Shown in pieces: positions 26,779-37,073 of a stretch of DNA of 64,000 nt. The stretch's first letter is position 1; each line of letters opens with the position of its first letter. A model generated the notes under the pieces. It was given only the letters and a program-made list of their open reading frames with translations. It ran no database searches and was not told the DNA's origin. The position numbers and the translations under genes are program-made. The DNA is from an uncultured Clostridia bacterium (GTDB taxonomy: Bacteria > Bacillota > Clostridia > Christensenellales > UBA1242). The stretch lies in assembly GCA_944349905.1 (NCBI GenBank), contig CALVNR010000008.1:2424-66423 (forward strand). The letters are read 5' to 3'.

Positions 26779-28150
26779 TTTCTTGCTCCTTTAATAGAAT
26801 TGATTTTCCTTGTGCATGATTTACTATACTATCGCCTTTAACAATATTTTTTGCTCTTGGAATTATATTCTTTGTCATTCCAACAATTCCACCTGTTGTT
26901 AAGTCTTTTATCATTCCTATTGGCATAGTTGCTATACGAGTTGGCATACCACCATATTTTGCAAGCTTACTTGGTTCATTATTTTTATTTAAGTATGATT
27001 TACTTGGTGCAGCTGCAAATGAAGATTTAAACCCTGCCATAGAAGAACGAGTAGATTTCTTTGTATCAACAAATCTTTTCCCTCCAAGTATTGCTCCACC
27101 AATTGTTGCTCCTGTCGCCATAGTTGCTCTTGCAATATTTCCACCTGTTCTCATATTTGCAAGTAGTTGTTGCGTTTCATGACCACCGGCTTCACTACCT
27201 GTTAATTGAGCTATAACAATATTTGCTTTTGTTACTGCAAATGCTCCACCTATTAAGAACAGAATTTTTACAATTCCATTTTTAAAACTATCAGTGAAAA
27301 ATGTTATTTGTTGAACCTGTGGAATAATGATAAAAAACAAATTCATTGAAAGTATAATTCCATAAGCTCCTAAAACTTTTGCTATTGTCATTTCCTTCCA
27401 AATTCTAAATCTATTTCCATCATCGACCGGAATAGTGCTAACACTAATTGGCGAAATTATAAACAAAAGAACTATGTCAAATATTCTTTGAATAAAGGTT
27501 ACTGCACTCATAACAAACATAACCATTATTACGATAGAACCTAAAATACCTACTAGAAAATCAATATCTCTTATGTTGTAATATTGACTAACTACACTCA
27601 TGTCAAAATAATCTAACTGACCTGTTAAGAATAATCTCTCTATTTCTGCTCTGCTACCGGGGTCACCAATATAAGCAAACTGACCACTTGTAACAAGTAT
27701 CTGCCCACCTAAACTTGCTTGTCCTCCGGCTTCTAATATATAAGGGTTCATACTTTGATTTATTGCTCCCATAACAACATTTGTTAAGGTAATTCCTGCA
27801 ATTAAAATAAATGGAACCATTAAGAATATTGCAAAGCTTTGAAACGATTTTGCTAGTATTTGTCCTTTACTTTTTTTGTTCTCGCCATACGCATATTCGC
27901 TTCTTATAATGGCAATAATTACAAATACAACTAACAAGATTATTGCGATTAAGAATATATAAAAGAAAGTTGTCTTGACTGTGTTAGATAAAATAAAATG
28001 AGATAGTAAATCCGTTTGTTCACCATTAATGTTAACAGTGTTTATTCCCGCTAATGTGTAAAATATTTCTCTTATAAAATCTATGATATAACAAATAGTT
28101 TTTTGAAAGCTATATAGCAAATCAAATATCCAATTTGTTAACCAATCCAT
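26747..28150 (-). CDS. polytopic membrane protein, VirB6/TrbL-like mating-channel component
   Basis: 467 aa with at least 6 hydrophobic helices and a Gly-rich C-terminal tail. It lies between the pilin-like gene and VirB4. Confidence 0.6.
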   Translation of the reverse strand: MDWLTNWIFDLLYSFQKTICYIIDFIREIFYTLAGINTVNINGEQTDLLSHFILSNTVKTTFFYIFLIAIILLVVFVIIAIIRSEYAYGENKKSKGQILAKSFQSFAIFLMVPFILIAGITLTNVVMGAINQSMNPYILEAGGQASLGGQILVTSGQFAYIGDPGSRAEIERLFLTGQLDYFDMSVVSQYYNIRDIDFLVGILGSIVIMVMFVMSAVTFIQRIFDIVLLFIISPISVSTIPVDDGNRFRIWKEMTIAKVLGAYGIILSMNLFFIIIPQVQQITFFTDSFKNGIVKILFLIGGAFAVTKANIVIAQLTGSEAGGHETQQLLANMRTGGNIARATMATGATIGGAILGGKRFVDTKKSTRSSMAGFKSSFAAAPSKSYLNKNNEPSKLAKYGGMPTRIATMPIGMIKDLTTGGIVGMTKNIIPRAKNIVKGDSIVNHAQGKSILLKEQENANNTEEHKG

Positions 28151-28153
28151 AGA

Positions 28154-28672
28154 CTATTCCTCACTTAAAAAGAATAGCATTGTATCGAATACAAATGGAC
28201 TTTCTCCAGTCTGATTTATACTAATATAAAATTCATCGTTAGCACTTACACTAACCGCATTTTCAAGTGTTAAATTCACATCTTGAACAACACCATTTTC
28301 TAAACTTACATTAGTTGTTTTTAAAACTTCATCACCTTTCATTAAAGAGAAATTTAAACTACAATTTTCATTTGCTTTTACCATAAAAGCAATTCCTAAA
28401 CTATCAAAATTTTGTGATTGATTAAATTTTATTTTTGTGTAATTTTTATTTTGTATATTATCATTGAATTGAGTTTCGTCTAAAAGAATTGACATATCAT
28501 AATCAATACTTTCTTCGTCCTTTACATCACAAGATACACCATATACAATTTGCTTTAAATCATCTTCTGGTAATGTGTTATTTCCTCCACTTGACGCTCC
28601 ACAAATAATGACTAAAAAGACAATAAATATTGTCAATAATATACCTGCTCCAATAAGCAATTTATTTCTCAT
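28154..28672 (-). CDS. membrane-anchored or secreted hypothetical protein of the T4SS module
   Basis: 172 aa with an N-terminal hydrophobic anchor (LLIGAGILLTIFIVFLVIICGASSGG). Confidence 0.5.
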   Translation of the reverse strand: MRNKLLIGAGILLTIFIVFLVIICGASSGGNNTLPEDDLKQIVYGVSCDVKDEESIDYDMSILLDETQFNDNIQNKNYTKIKFNQSQNFDSLGIAFMVKANENCSLNFSLMKGDEVLKTTNVSLENGVVQDVNLTLENAVSVSANDEFYISINQTGESPFVFDTMLFFLSEE

Positions 28673-28689
28673 AAATCATCTCCTTTTAC

Positions 28690-29007
28690 TCACGTTGTAA
28701 TTTGTGTTCCAACCCAATCTTGTAAAATTGGCATTGCAATTTTTAGTGCAACAATCAAAACAAAGATAGTTACAAAACCGATAATTGCTCCAATCAAATC
28801 TTTCTTTGCTTTTTCTCTACTACCGGCCTCATCTGCCTTCGCGACCTTGATTCCAAGCACTATACAATAAATCATACCAATAGAACCTACAAGACCAATT
28901 GCTGGCCAAAGTATTGCATTTAATACTTCCAAAACCGGTGCTAAAACCGGATTAAAATCAATAGCTGCAAGCATTGAATTTCTTACAGCATTTAACATTG
29001 AAAACAT
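28690..29007 (-). CDS. small two-TM protein, VirB2/TrbC-type pilin-like
   Basis: 105 aa with two hydrophobic helices. It is the first gene of the T4SS sub-operon. Confidence 0.5.
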   Translation of the reverse strand: MFSMLNAVRNSMLAAIDFNPVLAPVLEVLNAILWPAIGLVGSIGMIYCIVLGIKVAKADEAGSREKAKKDLIGAIIGFVTIFVLIVALKIAMPILQDWVGTQITT

Positions 29008-29079
29008 ACCTTTTTATCCTCCAAAAAATTGTTTTATTTTCATTCTATTAACCTCTCTATTTCTAATTTTTTTGTGTTG

Positions 29080-29103
29080 AAAAAAGAAGTGGGTATCCCA
29101 CTT
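29080..29103 (-). terminator. rho-independent terminator or attenuator inside the conjugation gene array
   Basis: The minus strand reads AAGTGGG-ATA-CCCACTT-C-TTTTTT, about 150 nt after the stop of the 1486-aa gene and about 70 nt before the pilin-like gene. Confidence 0.6.
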
Positions 29104-29255
29104 GCTTTAATAAGGGGAAATGAAGCAAAATTGAGTTTTTAGCTTTTTGGGGGTGAATCGTCAGAAAGTATTATAAAATAAGACTTTTTTCACCCAAAAA
29201 ACCAATTTTGAGTCTATTTCCTTATCCTGCTTCTAATAAATTTGTATAATCCGGC

Positions 29256-32200
29256 CTACAAATTCTCATCATTTTCACTATTTTCATCACCATTATCATC
29301 AAAATCATCAGTAATTGTTGTTTCTTCAATTTCTTCTTCAATTACTTCATTTTTATAATAGTGATGTCTTGATTTTATTAATAATGCAATTAGTAAAACT
29401 ACTAATGCTCCAAATCCAGCAAGCACCGCAATACTTGCCCCGTTTAAAGAATATATCCTATCAAAAGTATAAGTTGTTGAGTTGCCCGCTTCATCAGTTA
29501 AGGTAACAACAAAGCGCCCTGCTTTTTCGATTTCATCACCTAATTTGTAATCAAAATACATTCCGTCAACCATAACTACAAGTGTGCAATTATCTTCACT
29601 TATATTTTTCATTGACACTAATTTTTTTGTGCTTCCACCATTCTCAACCCCAACAAGTTCGAGTGTTGGTGGCGTTGTGTCAATAGTAATATTAAATGAA
29701 TATTTTCCCCCGGAATTATTGTCTAAAATATTCACCAAATATTGTCCTTCATCAAATAAATATAATCTTCCATCGGTTATCGTAAATTCATAATTTTCAT
29801 CATTTTTTAATACACTTTCCACTTCAATATTTTCTTGTAAAAGATGTTTTATTGATTGTTTTCTTTTAGTTATTATGTTGAAATAAAAACTTGTTTTATT
29901 TCCTAAATCATCAAACAAAGTAAATGAATATTCACCTTCTTCATTTAAGATTTGTTCAAAAGAATAATCAAAAGCTTGTCCGTCTTTTAACATAATAATT
30001 TTTAAATTTTCGTTAGCAATAATTCTAACCCCACCATTTGAAATTCCACCATAATAAGTGTTAATTTCATAGTCAATTTTTTTGTCAATTGTAAATTCAA
30101 AAGTGGTTATATTTTTTGCTTTGTCCGCTATGCAAACTACATATTTCCCACTTTGTTTTAATTCTGTAGAAAGTTTATAATCTGCCTTAAAATTTTCGTC
30201 TAAAACATACCAACATGTCAAATTACTCTCTTGTGAATTTACCCAAACATTACCATTAGTAACACCAAAATTTTCTACCCCATAAAGAGTTGCTTTTGGT
30301 GGTGTTTTATCAATCTCAAATGTAAAATAAAAAGTGTTTCCATAGTCGTCATAAAGATTAACTTTGTAATATCCTTCTTCACTAATAATTAGACCAAATT
30401 CATAATCTATGGCCCTATCGTTTCTAAAAATTTCACAAGTTAATTCTTCAAGATTGATAATTCTTATATCAAAATTTATTAACGAAATTTCATCTAATGT
30501 ATATGTCTTTCCATTGACATCTGCAATAGCAAAATCTATCGTTTTATCAATCTCAAATGTAACAACCCCGGTATTTCCTATTTCATCAATTAGATTGATT
30601 GTATATTCACCTTCTGCTGATAAAACTTGACCTTTTTTATATTCATAGCTATTTCCATTTAGAATATAATTTGACGTGTATTGTTCATCAGTATTTTCCC
30701 AAGTTGCATAAACACTTCCACCTGTTTTACCACCATTTTCTACTCCGTAAAGATTGATTATTGGTTTAATAGTTTTTATTGTAAAAGTATATAAGTTATA
30801 GTTTTCATTATCAGTCTTATCATAAAGATAAATATTAAATTTGTTTTCACTATTTTCTTCGGCAATAAAATTAATAGTAGATTGATTATCTTTTATGTTT
30901 TCTTCTACTATAATAGATTGATTATTTTTATAAACTACTGCAAAATATTTATTTGTATCGTAAATGAAAGATACATCATTTTTTGTTCTTCCATTGTGTT
31001 CTACTCCTATTAATATTCCTGTTGGTAGTTCTTTCTCAAACTTAAATTCATAAGATAATGTTCTATTAAAATTATCACTTAACTCAACATTATAAATTCC
31101 ACCTTTATTAAAGATATATTGTAAAGTGTTCGTATTGATAAAAATTAAAGAATTATTATCATCATCTGGATATTCATCATATCCAATTTCACTATTAAGC
31201 AAAATTCCATTTCTATAAATTTTTAAGTCTGTTAATGTGTTATAATCTTCGCCTGTTGTTATGTTTACCTTTAATTGATTTCCTGAATTTATTACTTCAA
31301 AATTAGCTTTTGGTGCTTCTCCTAACAAATTAACTTTGAATTTAAATTGGTTATTTAATCTATCAGCAATTGTTATTGTATATTCACCTGCGCCAATTGA
31401 TGAGAAATCTGGTAAATTGTCTAAATAGGTATATCTTTTTGTAGTCCCATCTGGTGACTTGATTTCTAATACATACCATTTGTCATCTTCGATTATATTT
31501 AGGATTTTAAAATCTTCATAAAATAAAACGAGTTCACCATTGTTTGGTATATCATTTACTGAAATAGTTTGTGTAAATGGATTATCTTTCCCATACACTT
31601 TTACTTGTATATCAAGCATAGGTGCTTGTTTATCGAGAAATACATAATATTCTGTTTTGTTCCCTACAAAATCAACTTCTCTTATTTTATATAATCCATG
31701 TGCATTAACTTGACTTGCAAAACTTTTATCAAATTGAAATTCAATCCAATTCTCTTTGTCATCTTCCGCATAATCATAATAAATTTTACTTGCCTCAACA
31801 TCATCTACATATTTAAAAGTAAAATTGTTTACAATATATGCTTTGATTCCATTCTTTTCTATAATGTTGTCATACATACTATCATCAAGTGAATTGCCAT
31901 AATTATTTGGATAAATAGAAGAATTTAATCTGTAAATTTGCTCATCAGAAACAAAATCCTGTGCATAATATTCAATAACTTCTTCTAATGAATTTTTATC
32001 AAAATAATAAACATAAAGATCTGGATTTTCTCGTGATTTATAATACCAATAATCTCCAGCCTTTATTGCATTTCCACTAGCCACAAGATGAGTATCTATA
32101 AAATCGTCAACATCATTTAGATAATACTTTGTAACATTGTTTTGTTTCTCTACTTCACAAGCAAAGCTTAAAGCGTCTGCTTGCTCTTTAAAAGAGTATG

Positions 32201-33716
32201 TTCCATAACTTGTATATCCATAAGGAATTGTTGTTAAATACCATTTTGAAATTTTATATGTTTTATCACTTTGTAAACGATTTAAATTATAACTTGGCGC
32301 ATTTTTATCAATAGTGAATTTACTAATAGTTGTATTACCTGCAAGGTCTGTAACTGTTATTGTATATTCACCTTCTTCATTGAACCATTGCCCATTTTGA
32401 ATTTCAAAAGTATTTCCATTAAATGTGCAAGTTGCAATTTCTGGACTTTCTGTATTTTCATCATATCCAAAATTTATTTGAACTTGGTCTTTGAAAATTC
32501 CTTCATAAATCGTTTGTGATTTTGAACCATTAGAGTTTGTTATAATATTACCAACTACTCTTTTTTCAAGTGCATTTGAATTGTGAAAAGTATAATTAAC
32601 GTCTGGTAATGTTTCATCAATAAAGCAATAGTAAGTTGTATATCTGCCTTCTGCTCCATTTTCTATTTGGACTTTTGTCAAACCTTCCTCGCTAATTGAA
32701 ATATGATGACCATCTTTATATGGCACTACACTTGTTCCATATTGTGACGTCACTTCAACATCATTAACTTTAAGTAAGTTATTTAAATTTCTTGCTATTA
32801 CTGTAAAATCTTTTGGCGAATAATATGTTGTGCAACCTTTATAAAATCCTTCTTCGACAACTTCTTTTGTAATAAGTTCGTTTGCCCAATTTCTATTAGC
32901 TCGTGGCATAAAGCCAGATAAACAATCCAAAATGTTTATATAGTCATAGCAACCTCCCCAAAAACAATTTTCCCAATAAGCTCTTGCATTAAGTTCAACA
33001 AATACATAAGGGGAATTAGTTTTGTGTAAATCTACCAACTTGTAGTATTCAAAACCCGGATTAAGTCCATTATTTTTATATGAACCTGCGCCATAATTAT
33101 TAGGATTTTTATCATGTAATGGACTACTGAAAACATCTTCCGGGTCCTGTTCCCTTGAAAATGTTGTTAAAAGTTCACCTCTTTCAAATTTTGAATATAA
33201 AACTGTTCCTAAAAATCCTCTATAATCATAATCTAACATTTGTGTGCTTACATATAGGTCAGCAGCATAATCTATAATTTCATCACTTTCAGTGAAAATT
33301 CCATTTTTCCACCAACGAACATCTAAAACACCATCGTCATCATAAATTGGCCGACCATCTGTTCTCACAACTTTGAAATACTTAACAAACGACGCATATT
33401 TTCTATCAGCTTTATATGATTTAGTAAACTTATCATTAACAACATATAAACTTTTATAGCTTCTAATAGCTCCATTTTCATAAGGGGTGTTTTTTATCAC
33501 ACCAGTAACAGCACTCCAATCATTTTGAACAGGTATCTCGCTATCAATTACTATTCCTCCATCACCCGGAAGAATAACAGGTCCAATAATAACTCCCATA
33601 GTAGAGCCGCCACTACCTCTTATAATTTGAGCATGTCCTGTAAGAACTAGTAGATATGGTATAAAACATACAACACAAAGAATTAGTAAAGAAATATTTT
33701 TTAAGACTTTTGTCAT
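29256..33716 (-). CDS. giant repeat-rich surface protein with a signal peptide, at least 5 Ig-like repeat modules and a C-terminal TM anchor
   Basis: 1486 aa with the signal MTKVLKNISLLILCVVCFIPYLLVLTGHA. A recurring module of about 95-100 aa reads (Y/L)GVENGG.T...V......EGEY......D..GN.T...F.IDK..P. The C-terminal helix is IAVLAGFGALVVLLIALLI, followed by an acidic tail. There is no LPXTG motif. Confidence 0.8.
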   Translation of the reverse strand: MTKVLKNISLLILCVVCFIPYLLVLTGHAQIIRGSGGSTMGVIIGPVILPGDGGIVIDSEIPVQNDWSAVTGVIKNTPYENGAIRSYKSLYVVNDKFTKSYKADRKYASFVKYFKVVRTDGRPIYDDDGVLDVRWWKNGIFTESDEIIDYAADLYVSTQMLDYDYRGFLGTVLYSKFERGELLTTFSREQDPEDVFSSPLHDKNPNNYGAGSYKNNGLNPGFEYYKLVDLHKTNSPYVFVELNARAYWENCFWGGCYDYINILDCLSGFMPRANRNWANELITKEVVEEGFYKGCTTYYSPKDFTVIARNLNNLLKVNDVEVTSQYGTSVVPYKDGHHISISEEGLTKVQIENGAEGRYTTYYCFIDETLPDVNYTFHNSNALEKRVVGNIITNSNGSKSQTIYEGIFKDQVQINFGYDENTESPEIATCTFNGNTFEIQNGQWFNEEGEYTITVTDLAGNTTISKFTIDKNAPSYNLNRLQSDKTYKISKWYLTTIPYGYTSYGTYSFKEQADALSFACEVEKQNNVTKYYLNDVDDFIDTHLVASGNAIKAGDYWYYKSRENPDLYVYYFDKNSLEEVIEYYAQDFVSDEQIYRLNSSIYPNNYGNSLDDSMYDNIIEKNGIKAYIVNNFTFKYVDDVEASKIYYDYAEDDKENWIEFQFDKSFASQVNAHGLYKIREVDFVGNKTEYYVFLDKQAPMLDIQVKVYGKDNPFTQTISVNDIPNNGELVLFYEDFKILNIIEDDKWYVLEIKSPDGTTKRYTYLDNLPDFSSIGAGEYTITIADRLNNQFKFKVNLLGEAPKANFEVINSGNQLKVNITTGEDYNTLTDLKIYRNGILLNSEIGYDEYPDDDNNSLIFINTNTLQYIFNKGGIYNVELSDNFNRTLSYEFKFEKELPTGILIGVEHNGRTKNDVSFIYDTNKYFAVVYKNNQSIIVEENIKDNQSTINFIAEENSENKFNIYLYDKTDNENYNLYTFTIKTIKPIINLYGVENGGKTGGSVYATWENTDEQYTSNYILNGNSYEYKKGQVLSAEGEYTINLIDEIGNTGVVTFEIDKTIDFAIADVNGKTYTLDEISLINFDIRIINLEELTCEIFRNDRAIDYEFGLIISEEGYYKVNLYDDYGNTFYFTFEIDKTPPKATLYGVENFGVTNGNVWVNSQESNLTCWYVLDENFKADYKLSTELKQSGKYVVCIADKAKNITTFEFTIDKKIDYEINTYYGGISNGGVRIIANENLKIIMLKDGQAFDYSFEQILNEEGEYSFTLFDDLGNKTSFYFNIITKRKQSIKHLLQENIEVESVLKNDENYEFTITDGRLYLFDEGQYLVNILDNNSGGKYSFNITIDTTPPTLELVGVENGGSTKKLVSMKNISEDNCTLVVMVDGMYFDYKLGDEIEKAGRFVVTLTDEAGNSTTYTFDRIYSLNGASIAVLAGFGALVVLLIALLIKSRHHYYKNEVIEEEIEETTITDDFDDNGDENSENDENL

Positions 33717-35878
33717 TTTCTCACCAACCTTATTAATTGTTCAACTGTATTCTTTAACCCTATATAACTATTTATATTTTCTATTTTCTTTTTTTCTGCT
33801 TGATATTGTAATTCATCACACATATCCTTTAATCCAACATAATCTTTTGTGTTTAATTTCTCTAACATCTTTATCTTATAATCATCATCTGGCATAATTT
33901 CAAAATCAATGCCCTTATCAATTTCTATTTCTATTCTCTTTATAAATTCATCTATTTCTTTTGGATTAACTTTAACTACTTTTCGTTTAAATTGCTCATT
34001 TCTTTTCAACATATCATATAAGACTTTTTCTTCATTAAAATATTTTCCGGCAGATAATAATTGATTTGTTTTTTCTAACACAAAATATTTGCTTTTAAAA
34101 CTAGGAACAAATTTACTTCTAATTGGTGAATATCCAAAAATTGATACAATTGCATTTCCCATATTTTGATTATTGTTTAATTGTGCAAGCTCAGTTGGAT
34201 ATATTAGTGGTCTTTCCTTAACAGAGACAGAACTCCCTACTCCGTCATTAGAAGATGAAAAACTAACATTTTTTTGAATTATTGAATAGTTACCACATTT
34301 TTTAGAAAATTCTTCAATAGTCTTTTGGTCAGTTGTTCCAATAAAGATTTGAATATTGCAATTTGATTTAATAATATCAGCAGATTTTTCATCATAAACT
34401 TTTGCAAGTTGTGCGTATGATTGCACTACAAGAACAAGCCATATTTTTCTACTTCTACCAACTGTTATCATTTGTTCTAATTTATGAACTTGTGGTAAAT
34501 TTCCAAATTCATCAAGTAAGAAATATACACTTCTTGGTAAAGATAAATCTGGATATGTGTTTGCCTTTGCAACAAGTGCTTTATATGCTTGCAATATAAC
34601 CATTGCAGCAAGTGTATGTCTTGTTTCCTTTTCATCTGGAATTTGTAAAAACAATGCTGTTGGTTTTGTTGATATTTCGGCAAAATCAATTTCATTGGCA
34701 CTTGTTAAAGAACAAATACTCATATCGCTAAACATTGACAGTTTATCAAATATTGTAGATAAATATGAACCTCTTGTTTTGTCACTAGCATCTAAAACCT
34801 GTTTTGACAGACTAACACTTTTTGAGATTGGACTTCTATGTTTAAAATACTCCATAAGGTCCTCACAATCATTTTGAGTGTTTGTCGCTATTTTCATAAT
34901 ATTGAAAAAATTAAATTTTTCTTTTGTCATTTCATTATTTGGATTTTCACTATCTTCAAGCATAGCGAGTGTGATTGCAAGAATAAAATTCTTTGCACCA
35001 CTTTCCCAAATAGGTTCGCTTTTGTTTTTAACCGGACATAGAACCGAACAAATGTCGTTTAAATCTTCGTAAACCTCATCAAATAATTCTTGTTTTTTTA
35101 CTTGTATAACCGCATTAAGTTCGTCCTTATCATAGTAAATTTTATTTTCAAAAATATAATAACCTTCTTCCTCATTAACACTAACTTTATTATCGAGAGA
35201 TAACATTTCTTGATACATCTCAAAAGGTTTTTCAAGGGGGTTCCATCTTATTGAACAATATGGATTTCTCAAATCTAAAATTTTAACATCATATCCTCGT
35301 TTCAATAAGCTTTTTGCATGCAAAGCATACAATTCTCCTTTTGGGTCAGAAATCAACATACTTGGTTTACTTTTTGTATTTGCCAATATTTGAATTGTTG
35401 GACTTATGAAAGTGGTTGTTTTACCCGAACCTGTGGTTCCTATAATCAAAGTATGGGCTGGTTTTGCAAGCGTTATATTAAAATCTTTTTTTGTTTCTTC
35501 TGCTTTAACCGGTATTCCCTCTACTTCAATATTTGGTAAATCGTTATATGAGATTGTTTTATAGTTTTTCAATATTTCTTCATCTGTTTGAAAATGAGCT
35601 TGTTCAAGTCCAGTGTAAATTACATCTTTTTCATTTGTGCTCATAAGTGCTTTTGGATTTTTGAAAGCTCCTTTATACCAAACAAAAAGAAAAATAAGCA
35701 TAATAATTGCAAAGACCTCGAAAGCATACAAATACGTCTTGTATGATAACAATATTTCACTTGATATACTAAACTTAAATACAAAATTATTACTTACAAA
35801 AATATTAATTAAATAACCTACACAAAAAGAAAATAATATTATAATAAATAATATTATAGAGTTCTTAAAGACTTTCAA
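33713..35878 (-). CDS. type IV coupling protein (VirD4/TraG/TcpA-like)
   Basis: 721 aa with two N-terminal TM helices, Walker A IIGTTGSGKTTTFISP and Walker B YFLLDEFGNLP. Confidence 0.85.
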   Translation of the reverse strand: MKVFKNSIILFIIILFSFCVGYLINIFVSNNFVFKFSISSEILLSYKTYLYAFEVFAIIMLIFLFVWYKGAFKNPKALMSTNEKDVIYTGLEQAHFQTDEEILKNYKTISYNDLPNIEVEGIPVKAEETKKDFNITLAKPAHTLIIGTTGSGKTTTFISPTIQILANTKSKPSMLISDPKGELYALHAKSLLKRGYDVKILDLRNPYCSIRWNPLEKPFEMYQEMLSLDNKVSVNEEEGYYIFENKIYYDKDELNAVIQVKKQELFDEVYEDLNDICSVLCPVKNKSEPIWESGAKNFILAITLAMLEDSENPNNEMTKEKFNFFNIMKIATNTQNDCEDLMEYFKHRSPISKSVSLSKQVLDASDKTRGSYLSTIFDKLSMFSDMSICSLTSANEIDFAEISTKPTALFLQIPDEKETRHTLAAMVILQAYKALVAKANTYPDLSLPRSVYFLLDEFGNLPQVHKLEQMITVGRSRKIWLVLVVQSYAQLAKVYDEKSADIIKSNCNIQIFIGTTDQKTIEEFSKKCGNYSIIQKNVSFSSSNDGVGSSVSVKERPLIYPTELAQLNNNQNMGNAIVSIFGYSPIRSKFVPSFKSKYFVLEKTNQLLSAGKYFNEEKVLYDMLKRNEQFKRKVVKVNPKEIDEFIKRIEIEIDKGIDFEIMPDDDYKIKMLEKLNTKDYVGLKDMCDELQYQAEKKKIENINSYIGLKNTVEQLIRLVRK

Positions 35879-37071
35879 TCAATTACACCTTCTTCTTGTT
35901 GTCTCTTATAATCCATTTCATCAAGTTTGTGTAGGAAATGTTGAAAGGCTATTACTGCTTCTTTTGTGGCTAATTCATTTAACCTTGCACAATTTTTAAA
36001 AAGCGCCTTCCGTTTGGCTCTTTCTATTCGTTTTTTTATTTTGTAATCTTTTGTTTCAAAATTAAGTTTTTCTTGTTGTATTCTAATATCTCTTACAACT
36101 TTCAAAACAATGTTTCCAAGACGTCTATATAAATCTTTCATATATTTGTCTTTCATCAGTTTGTCCGAATAATCCAATTTCATTTTTTTATAAATATTTT
36201 TAATCTCGTTATCTCGTTTTGTTAAAATTGTGTCAAAATCATTAACCTGTTGACTTAGTTTTGTATTACTCATCAATAATGCGTTAATGATATTATCAAC
36301 CTTAGGTTTATATTTTGAAATATTTTCACTATCATAGGATAATCGCCCGGATATAGGGATTATTAAAAATAATTCTTTTATTTTTTTCATAAATGCTCCT
36401 ATTTCTTGATTTTTAAACACTTTGAATTCTTTAATCAAATTATTTCTACTTGCCTTTAAATCCTTAGAAATAGTTAGAAGCTTTAATTCAATTGAAACTT
36501 TTGCATTTCGTATTGCCTCAACTCTTATATGCCCATCTGAATAAACTCTATTATTTTGATTTTGTTTATATCTTAATGGTGCTTTTTCAAAAAAAGAAAA
36601 ATGAATATGTTTGTTGTCTGTATTTTCATGTAATCCGGCAAACCAAATAATATTACTAGGTATTAATCTCGCATCTTTCAAAAATTTAGGTAATTCATAT
36701 TTCATTAGTTCAATCGCTTTTTCACTTGTATCGCAATACATATTTCCAAATGATTCTTCAAAAGAAACTAATCCATGCCATATAACACTTTTAGTTTGCC
36801 TTAACTTTGTCCTCAATTCTTTTATTTGTTCGTCATTTAAAAGTCCATTTTGGTTAAAGACTCCATGACTTTTCTCATTGTTTCCAGAATACGCAACAAA
36901 ATCGATTTTTTCTTTACTTCCTTTATTAACATAACCGACATAGTCAAATTTGTTTTTACTTCCATAAAAATCACGTGCTTCTTTGTTTAGCTCCATAAAT
37001 TCTTTATCTTCAAATTTACCAGATAGGCAATCGACATAGTTGATAAAAAAGTTTACATTAGGAACACTCAT
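35875..37071 (-). CDS. conjugative relaxase (MobL/MOBP-like)
   Basis: 398 aa. The histidine-triad region WFAGLHENTDNKHIHFSF matches the H-x-D-x(n)-H-x-H pattern. The gene is coupled to the T4CP gene (ATGA overlap). Confidence 0.7.
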   Translation of the reverse strand: MSVPNVNFFINYVDCLSGKFEDKEFMELNKEARDFYGSKNKFDYVGYVNKGSKEKIDFVAYSGNNEKSHGVFNQNGLLNDEQIKELRTKLRQTKSVIWHGLVSFEESFGNMYCDTSEKAIELMKYELPKFLKDARLIPSNIIWFAGLHENTDNKHIHFSFFEKAPLRYKQNQNNRVYSDGHIRVEAIRNAKVSIELKLLTISKDLKASRNNLIKEFKVFKNQEIGAFMKKIKELFLIIPISGRLSYDSENISKYKPKVDNIINALLMSNTKLSQQVNDFDTILTKRDNEIKNIYKKMKLDYSDKLMKDKYMKDLYRRLGNIVLKVVRDIRIQQEKLNFETKDYKIKKRIERAKRKALFKNCARLNELATKEAVIAFQHFLHKLDEMDYKRQQEEGVID

Positions 37072-37073
37072 TT

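Noticed and set aside
34402-35072. Several 64-106-aa ORFs on both strands within the T4CP gene
   Set aside because: They are embedded in a 721-aa gene with Walker motifs and have no independent support.
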